From Chloroflexota bacterium (GTDB lineage Bacteria; Chloroflexota; UBA11872; VXOZ01): 64,000 nt of DNA. Below, one piece after another: positions 58,313 through 64,000 of this stretch. The notes under the pieces are model-generated. The model was not told the DNA's origin, searched no databases, and was given only the letters and a program-made list of their open reading frames with translations. Position numbers and translations under genes: made by a program. The stretch lies in assembly GCA_963662335.2 (NCBI GenBank), contig CAXXVD010000001.1, forward strand, positions 448,001-512,000. Direction: 5' to 3'. The stretch's first letter is position 1. The number at the start of each line of letters is the position of its first letter.

Positions 58313-58342
58313 AAAGAGGCTCCCCGAACGGGGAGCCTCTTT
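58313..58342. terminator. Bidirectional intrinsic terminator
   Basis: AAAGAGGCTCCCC-gaac-GGGGAGCCTCTTT; second hairpin at 58291-58310. Confidence 0.85.
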
Positions 58343-58393
58343 CTAGTTGCATAGGCGTGTTTCTTGCATACGCGCGTGGCTCTCTTGGATCCG

Positions 58394-58531
58394 GTAGCGT
58401 AGGTTTGTAACCTGCGCCAGGCGGGGGACAAGCCCCCGCGCTACGTCACGATGGCATGAGAAGGCGTATTCCGCGTTTCGAGCGCTAGCGCGACGGGGTA
58501 GGGGCACGACATGTCGTGCCCCTACCCCGTC
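58394..58531. repeat. REP doublet (G plus inverted A) and REP-B
   Basis: GTAGCGTAGGTTTGTAACCTGCGC...CCCCGCGCTAC at 58394-58444; REP-B at 58498. Confidence 0.85.
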
Positions 58532-58592
58532 TTGCACGCATTCCCCGTCACCGCAGGGAGATGGAATCTTGATACCCGCAAAGCGCGGGCGC

Positions 58593-61043
58593 TCAGCCGC
58601 GCAGTTTGGCGTGGCCGGGGTCGTACAGGGGTTCTTCCGTAACGGTGGCTGCGTAACGCTCGCCAAAGTACTCGATTTCCACTTTAGCGCCCGCGGTCGC
58701 ATAGGCAGTCGGCAGGTACCCGTACGCGATGCTCTTGCCCACGGAATAGCCGAAATTGGCGCTGGTCACGTAGCCCAACGCGCGCTCGCCGTCGAGAATC
58801 GGCTCCTTGCCCATCACGACGTGGGCAGGATCGTCCAGTGTGAGGCAGCAGAGCCGCCGTTCGATGCCGGCGTCCCGGCTGCGCACCAGCGCCTCGCGGC
58901 CAAGAAAATCGCCTTTGTTGAGTTTAACCGCCCAGCCCAGGCCGGCCTCGTACGGGTTGTACTCCGTGTGAATATCCGCGCCCCAGAGGCGGTAGCCCTT
59001 CTCCAGGCGCAGCGATTCGAACGCGCCGCCGCCGCCCGCGACGATGCCAAACGGCTGCCCCGCTTCCCAGAGCGCGTCCCAGACGCCCAGGCCGTATTCG
59101 GTGGGCACATAGATCTCCCACCCCAGTTCGCCCACGTAGGAGACGCGCAGCGCCCGCGCCGGGGCCGCGCCGATGGTGATGGGCTTGCTGCCAAAGTAGG
59201 GCAAGGCGCGGTTGGATACGTCTTCCGCGCACACCCGTTGCAGAACGTCCCGCGCCCGCGGCCCCCACAGGCCGAGACCGCAGTGCGCGGCCGTGACGTC
59301 GTCGATCCGCACCGAACCGTCAGCGGGCGCGTGGCGGCGCAGCCACGCCAGGTCTCGCAGGCCGCTCGCGCCGCCGGTGAGCACGAGAAAGCGGTCCCGC
59401 GCCAGCCGCGTGAGCGTCAGGTCGCACTGGATGCCGCCGTTCCGGTTCAGCAGCGCCGTGTAGACCACCTTGCCCACCGGCCGGTCGATCCGGTTCGCGG
59501 TAAGGGAGTCCAGAAAGTCCAGCGCGCCCGGCCCGCCGACCTCGATCTTGGTAAAGGCGCTCAGGTCGTAGAGGGCGACGCGCTCGCGGGTGGCGCGGTG
59601 TTCGCCGGCCTGGATGGGACTCCAGAACCGCGCTTCCCAGCCGGAGCGGGCCGGCGCGGAATCTTCCGCAACTAAATCCGCATTGGCTTCGAACCACTGG
59701 GGCCGTTCCCAACCGGCGCTCTCGAAGCAGACCGCGCCCAACGCCTCGAACCGCGGCTGGAAGGGACTCTGCCGCACGCCGCGCGGGTTCTCCAACTGCT
59801 GGAGCGGATGGATGATGTCGTAGACCTCGCGGTACTGCTGCGCGCCCCGCGCCTGCACGTACGCCGGCGTGTGCGCGTGGGCGGGAAAGCGGTGGTAGTC
59901 CGCTTCCCGCAGATCCAGGCGCGTCGTGCCCTCGTCCATCCACTCGGCCACCACGTTGCCCACGCCGCCGCCGTGGGTAATCCACACCGCTTCGGCGATC
60001 CACAGGCCCGCCGCGCCCGGCGCTTCTCCGAGAATTGGCTGGCCGTCCGGCGTGAACGAGAACATGCCGTTGAAGGCGTCGGTAAACTCCACGTCGCGCA
60101 GCGCGGGAAAAAGCTCGCCGGCCGCCTCCCGCGCCACCGCGAAGTGTTCCGGCGTAAAGTCCATCATCGCCGGCGCGCGCGGGGCCGCCGCCGGGCTGAG
60201 AATGTCGTCCGAATCCACCGGCAGCGGCTCGTGTTTGTACGACCCAATGCCGTAGCCGTCGGCCTGCTGCCGGAAATACATGGCGTAGTCCTGGTGCCGC
60301 ACGATTGGGTGCGCAACCTCGCGGGTCTCGCCGCGCAGCGCGGGCAGCGGCGCGGTGCGGGTGTACTGGTGCTGCACCGGCAGCAGCGGGATTGACACGC
60401 CGGCCATGCGACCCACGCGCGGCCCCCAGATGCCGGCGCAGATGAGCACCTGCTCGGCCTCGATGCGGCCCGCCGTGGTCTCCACACCCCGCACGCGCCC
60501 GCCTTTCACCACGATGTCCGTAACGGCGGTGTTGCCATGGAACGCCGCGCCATGTTCTTGGGCGTAGCGGGACATGGCCTCGCCGGCGCGCACCGGCTTG
60601 GCGATGCCGTCGCTGGGCACGTAGTACGCGCCGTGAATGACGCTGGGGTCGAGCAGCGGCACGAGGTCGTGTGTTTCCTGTGGCGAAACCAGGCGCCCTT
60701 CCAGCCCATAAGCCGTGGCAAAACCCCGCTTGCGGTGCAGGTCCTGCCAGCGCGCCTCGGTATATGCCACTTCCAGGCTGCCGACGCCGTACCAACTCGG
60801 CAGGCCGTCCAGTTCCAACCCGCCGTAGAGCGCCACCGTATCTTTGGCCAGGGTGGTCATCAGCTTGGATGAGTTGGTCTGGAAAACCAGGCCGGGCGCG
60901 TGGGAGGTGGAACCGCCGGTGTCGAACAGCGGCCCCTGGTCCACCACCACGATGTCGCGCCAGCCGCGCCGGGTGAGGTGATAGGCCACGCTGCACCCCA
61001 CGATACCGGCGCCAATTATGACAAGCCGCGCGTGAGACTGCAC
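58593..61043 (-). CDS. Dimethylglycine oxidase/dehydrogenase (FAD domain plus GcvT folate domain)
   Basis: GAGIVG, GGSTSHAPG (covalent FAD His), FSFTPDG, AEAVWITH.GG.G, SYVGELGWE, SLRLEKGY..WG. Confidence 0.92.
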   Translation of the reverse strand: MQSHARLVIIGAGIVGCSVAYHLTRRGWRDIVVVDQGPLFDTGGSTSHAPGLVFQTNSSKLMTTLAKDTVALYGGLELDGLPSWYGVGSLEVAYTEARWQDLHRKRGFATAYGLEGRLVSPQETHDLVPLLDPSVIHGAYYVPSDGIAKPVRAGEAMSRYAQEHGAAFHGNTAVTDIVVKGGRVRGVETTAGRIEAEQVLICAGIWGPRVGRMAGVSIPLLPVQHQYTRTAPLPALRGETREVAHPIVRHQDYAMYFRQQADGYGIGSYKHEPLPVDSDDILSPAAAPRAPAMMDFTPEHFAVAREAAGELFPALRDVEFTDAFNGMFSFTPDGQPILGEAPGAAGLWIAEAVWITHGGGVGNVVAEWMDEGTTRLDLREADYHRFPAHAHTPAYVQARGAQQYREVYDIIHPLQQLENPRGVRQSPFQPRFEALGAVCFESAGWERPQWFEANADLVAEDSAPARSGWEARFWSPIQAGEHRATRERVALYDLSAFTKIEVGGPGALDFLDSLTANRIDRPVGKVVYTALLNRNGGIQCDLTLTRLARDRFLVLTGGASGLRDLAWLRRHAPADGSVRIDDVTAAHCGLGLWGPRARDVLQRVCAEDVSNRALPYFGSKPITIGAAPARALRVSYVGELGWEIYVPTEYGLGVWDALWEAGQPFGIVAGGGGAFESLRLEKGYRLWGADIHTEYNPYEAGLGWAVKLNKGDFLGREALVRSRDAGIERRLCCLTLDDPAHVVMGKEPILDGERALGYVTSANFGYSVGKSIAYGYLPTAYATAGAKVEIEYFGERYAATVTEEPLYDPGHAKLRG

Positions 61044-61125
61044 GGTAGAATCTCCTCAGGTATGCCTTTGCAATGGGTACGAAGGGTAAGCAGACGCCAT
61101 CCTGTCGCGTGAGGGCGTCAGGACA

Positions 61126-61259
61126 GAACACGTCGAGCCGCGACACATTGGGGTACAGATTCTGGGCCGCGACGCCCCGGCGCGGGACATGTCCGGGCGC
61201 CGCGCGTGCAGCCGCAACGTGTTGGCGCGCGACGTGTCCGGGCGCAACGTAATCGGACA
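61126..61259. repeat. Degenerate 15-bp tandem repeat (about 9 units)
   Basis: Units such as ggacatgtccgggcg, caacgtgttggcgcg, cgacgtgtccgggcg. Confidence 0.5.
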
Positions 61260-61265
61260 ACCCGT

Positions 61266-61293
61266 GTAGGGGCACGGCATGCCGTGCCCCTAC
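61266..61293. repeat. REP-B variant with compensatory change
   Basis: GTAGGGGCACGGCATGCCGTGCCCCTAC. Confidence 0.85.
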
Positions 61294-61314
61294 ACGTCTA
61301 TCGCACCATGCGCC

Positions 61315-62289
61315 CTAGGATTCCTGCCGCCGTTCCCAGTTGAACTCGGTCTCGCTCATCGGCTTATCCGGGTCCGGCTGCCAGACTTGCTCCTCGTGGA
61401 ACTTGCCCAATTCCTTGGCCATCTCCCGCACGTGGATCGCCACCGCGCCGCAGCAGGCGCCGATGAAGTTCACGCCCATCGCTTTCGCCTTCTTGGCGTA
61501 GTCTCCCATCTCGTAGCGCGTCATCTGCGTCGGCTCCAGCTTGTCCGGAAAGGCCGGCGTGCCGGTGAACCACGGCGTTTCGTCGCTGGTGCGGTGCGCC
61601 ACCGGCTGCGCGGCAATGAACGCGTCGGTCGCGGCGCGCATCTCGTCCAGCAGCGGATAGCTGCGCTCCGGGTCCCTCATGCAGTTCACGCCCACCATTT
61701 CGGCCCCGGCGTCGGCCAGCCGGCGCGCACAGTCGGCGGCGGTGTAACCGTCGTCGGTGACGACCTCGCCGCGGAATGACATGGTAATCATAGCCGGCAC
61801 GCTGGACTTGGCCTTGATGCGCTCCAGGCAGAGCAGCGCCTCGCCCAGATGCCAGAAGGTCTCGCCAATGAAGAAGTCCACGCCATCTTGCGCCTCGATC
61901 TGCTCGTCGAAGATGCCGGCGATTTCGGCGTTGGCGGAGCCGTTGCCCGCTTCCCACTTCCAGGTTGCGCTCAGGTCGCCGGCCACCAGCGCCCGGTCGC
62001 CGGCCACGTCCTTGGCAATCTGGGTAGTCTTCTGGTTGATCTCGAACGTCCGGTCGGCCTGGCCGACGGTTTCCAGCTTGCTGCGGCTGCCGTAGAAGGC
62101 CATGACCTGCAAGACTTCCGAGCCTGCGCGCAGGAACTCAGTGTGCAATTCGCGAATGGCGCCCGGATACTGCAGGGCCAACTCCGGCGTGAACGCGCCG
62201 GCAATCACGTAGCCGCGCTTTTCCAACTCGACGATGTAGCCGCCGTCGCCGAGGACGACGTCTTTCTCCAACATTTCCAGGATGCCCAT
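61315..62289 (-). CDS. Betaine-homocysteine S-methyltransferase-like (Hcy-binding, Zn) enzyme
   Basis: GDGGY..ELEKRGY..AG.FTPE...RELH.EFLRAGS, GVNC, FP..LEP, IGACCG; closely resembles the BHMT subfamily. Confidence 0.85.
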   Translation of the reverse strand: MGILEMLEKDVVLGDGGYIVELEKRGYVIAGAFTPELALQYPGAIRELHTEFLRAGSEVLQVMAFYGSRSKLETVGQADRTFEINQKTTQIAKDVAGDRALVAGDLSATWKWEAGNGSANAEIAGIFDEQIEAQDGVDFFIGETFWHLGEALLCLERIKAKSSVPAMITMSFRGEVVTDDGYTAADCARRLADAGAEMVGVNCMRDPERSYPLLDEMRAATDAFIAAQPVAHRTSDETPWFTGTPAFPDKLEPTQMTRYEMGDYAKKAKAMGVNFIGACCGAVAIHVREMAKELGKFHEEQVWQPDPDKPMSETEFNWERRQES

Positions 62290-62451
62290 TTTGCTGGCTC
62301 TCCCTTCTCGGTAATTTGTACGTACGCCACGCAACGAGTTCGCCGCCGTGCCGCGCCGCAAACGACGCGAGGCGAGGCGCAATCACACCGCTCTTTGCAT
62401 GAAGCTCCTTTCGTCCGATTACCGAGGAGAAACACCGGCGGCGCGTGCTGT

Positions 62452-63726
62452 CTATGCTACGCGCGCCGGCTCCAGCATCTCGCGCGGGGCGGCTCGCATG
62501 ACCTTGCGCAGGCCGGCGGCCACGTCGCGCGCGTCTTGGTCCGTCCAGTCCATGCTCACGTGATACTCGCACACGCGCGGCAGCAGTTCCTCGGCCCGGG
62601 GGCACAGTCCGGGGCCGTAGTCGGCGCTGCCGCCGTAGAAGCGCGGGTCCCAGGGCGAAGGGCCCTGGTGCCACATACGCTTCTGGAGTATCGCATCGTG
62701 CATGTACACCGGTTGACCGCCGTAGGGATGCTTGATGGGCACACCCTCCGCCGCCAGCGCCTGGCGGGCCCACGCGCAGAGCGCCGGCGTGTCGAAGACC
62801 AGCGCCGGGCTGACACCGGTATCGCCCGCCGGATCGGCCAACGGCCGCGCGCGCACGCCCGGCGCGTTGCGGACGCTTTCTCTTATGATACCGCCCATGC
62901 GGCGCGCGTGCGCGCGCAAGCGGTCGATTTTCTTCACTTGTTCTAACAACACCGCCGCCGTGAGTTCGCTCATGCGGTAGTTCTCGCCAAAGAACGGCGG
63001 CGGCGCATCCCCGTCGCTGGCGCGGGCCGTGCCCTGGTCCTGGCAGGCCACGGCGCGCTGGTGGAGCGCGGGGTCGTTGGTAACGACCATGCCGCCCTCG
63101 CCGGCGGAGATCACCTTGTTCATCTGGAAGCTAAAGATGTTGATGTCGCCAAAACCGCCAACGTGGCGGCCGCGGTACGCCGCGCCAAACGACTGGGCGC
63201 AGTCCTCCAGAATCGGGACGCCGCGGCGCCGGCCTACCTCCAGCAGCGGCGCCAGATCGGCGGCCGCGCCGCGCCAGTGCACGACCATTATGGCGCGGGT
63301 GCGCTCCGAAATCACCCGATCCACCGCGCCCGCGTCTAAGCTCACCGTATCGTCCAAATCGCCAAAGATCGGCACCGCCTGGCAGGCGACCACGGCGTTC
63401 ACGCAGCCGTAGAACGTGGCCGCCGGCACGATCACCTCGTCGCCGGGCCCCACGCCCAGCGCGCGCAGCGCCACGATGAGGGCCGCCGTGCCCGAGGTCA
63501 CGCCCACGGCATACTCGACGCCCACGAGCGCCGCCACCGTCCGTTCAAGCTCGTTGACGGTGTACGCCGGATCCGGCCCGTAGTAGCGAAACGGCGAGCG
63601 CCGTTCCAAGACCGCGCGCACCGCCCGCTGCTCTTCTTCACCGATGATCGTCGCGCCCGGATAGGGGCCGGGCAGCGGCGCGGCGCGCACCGGCGCGCCG
63701 CCGTCGATTGCCAGCTTTCCGCTCAT
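62452..63726 (-). CDS. DegT/DnrJ/EryC1/StrS family PLP aminotransferase
   Basis: LAIDGG, SGTAAL, LEDCAQSFGA, FSFQMNKVISAGEGG, GENYRMSE. Confidence 0.93.
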   Translation of the reverse strand: MSGKLAIDGGAPVRAAPLPGPYPGATIIGEEEQRAVRAVLERRSPFRYYGPDPAYTVNELERTVAALVGVEYAVGVTSGTAALIVALRALGVGPGDEVIVPAATFYGCVNAVVACQAVPIFGDLDDTVSLDAGAVDRVISERTRAIMVVHWRGAAADLAPLLEVGRRRGVPILEDCAQSFGAAYRGRHVGGFGDINIFSFQMNKVISAGEGGMVVTNDPALHQRAVACQDQGTARASDGDAPPPFFGENYRMSELTAAVLLEQVKKIDRLRAHARRMGGIIRESVRNAPGVRARPLADPAGDTGVSPALVFDTPALCAWARQALAAEGVPIKHPYGGQPVYMHDAILQKRMWHQGPSPWDPRFYGGSADYGPGLCPRAEELLPRVCEYHVSMDWTDQDARDVAAGLRKVMRAAPREMLEPARVA

Positions 63727-63804
63727 GCCCTCCCTCACTTCTCTAAGAACCGGGCAAGGTCTAGGCTCTCCCGCCTATGCGCGCTCAATTTCCCCTACCG
63801 CACT

Positions 63805-63963
63805 GTAGCGCGGGGGCTTGTCCCCCGCCTCTTCACTCCGTAACGCGAGGGCTCGTCCCCCGCCTCTCCACACCGTAGCGCGGGGGCTTGTCCCCCGCCT
63901 CTCCACTCCGTAACGCGGGGGCTTGTCCCCCGCCTCTTCACACCATTGCGCGGGGCCTCGTCC
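63805..63963. repeat. Tandem array of REP-A in 35-bp units (4 plus one degenerate)
   Basis: Units start at 63805, 63840, 63875, 63910 and 63945. Confidence 0.92.
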
Positions 63964-64000
63964 TCAATCCTGTCAAACAAAACACCATAGCGATAAGAAC

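Noticed and set aside
61044-61125. Glycine riboswitch upstream of the GcvT-domain gene
   Set aside because: No GGAGA..CCGAAG..CUCUCAGG pattern on the coding strand.
63805-63963. CRISPR array
   Set aside because: Linkers are about 11 bp and nearly constant, the repeat is the dispersed REP-A, and no cas genes are present.

Overview
High-GC bacterial window, most likely Chloroflexota. This is an inference from the YYY/TIGR03663 gene pair, the Tat-lipoprotein solute-binding protein, the GroEL style and the paralogous catabolic families. It holds about 45 CDS: housekeeping genes (two groL paralogues without groES, ychF-like, glyA, sthA, coaE, rlmD), many catabolic enzymes, a BHMT-DMG oxidase-sarcosine oxidase betaine demethylation route, a DUF58/transglutaminase pair and a GT-C glycosylation pair. 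Intergenic DNA is densely filled with at least seven families of REP/REPIN-like palindromes. I saw no rRNA, tRNA, CRISPR array or transposase. The most striking signal is a cytoplasmic S8 subtilase (19923-21263) whose nucleophile motif reads GGCMASA instead of GTSMAxP, which matches both substitutions of engineered subtiligase (S221C/P225A). Other notable signals: a self-contained cassette of a secreted Thr-X-Thr repeat protein plus an APH-like kinase, a REP palindrome embedded in-frame in a CDS, a Cys-to-Ala transglutaminase, a diverged GroEL, and an RBS-sequestering leader upstream of BHMT. All family calls come from motif recognition by eye; no database searches were run.
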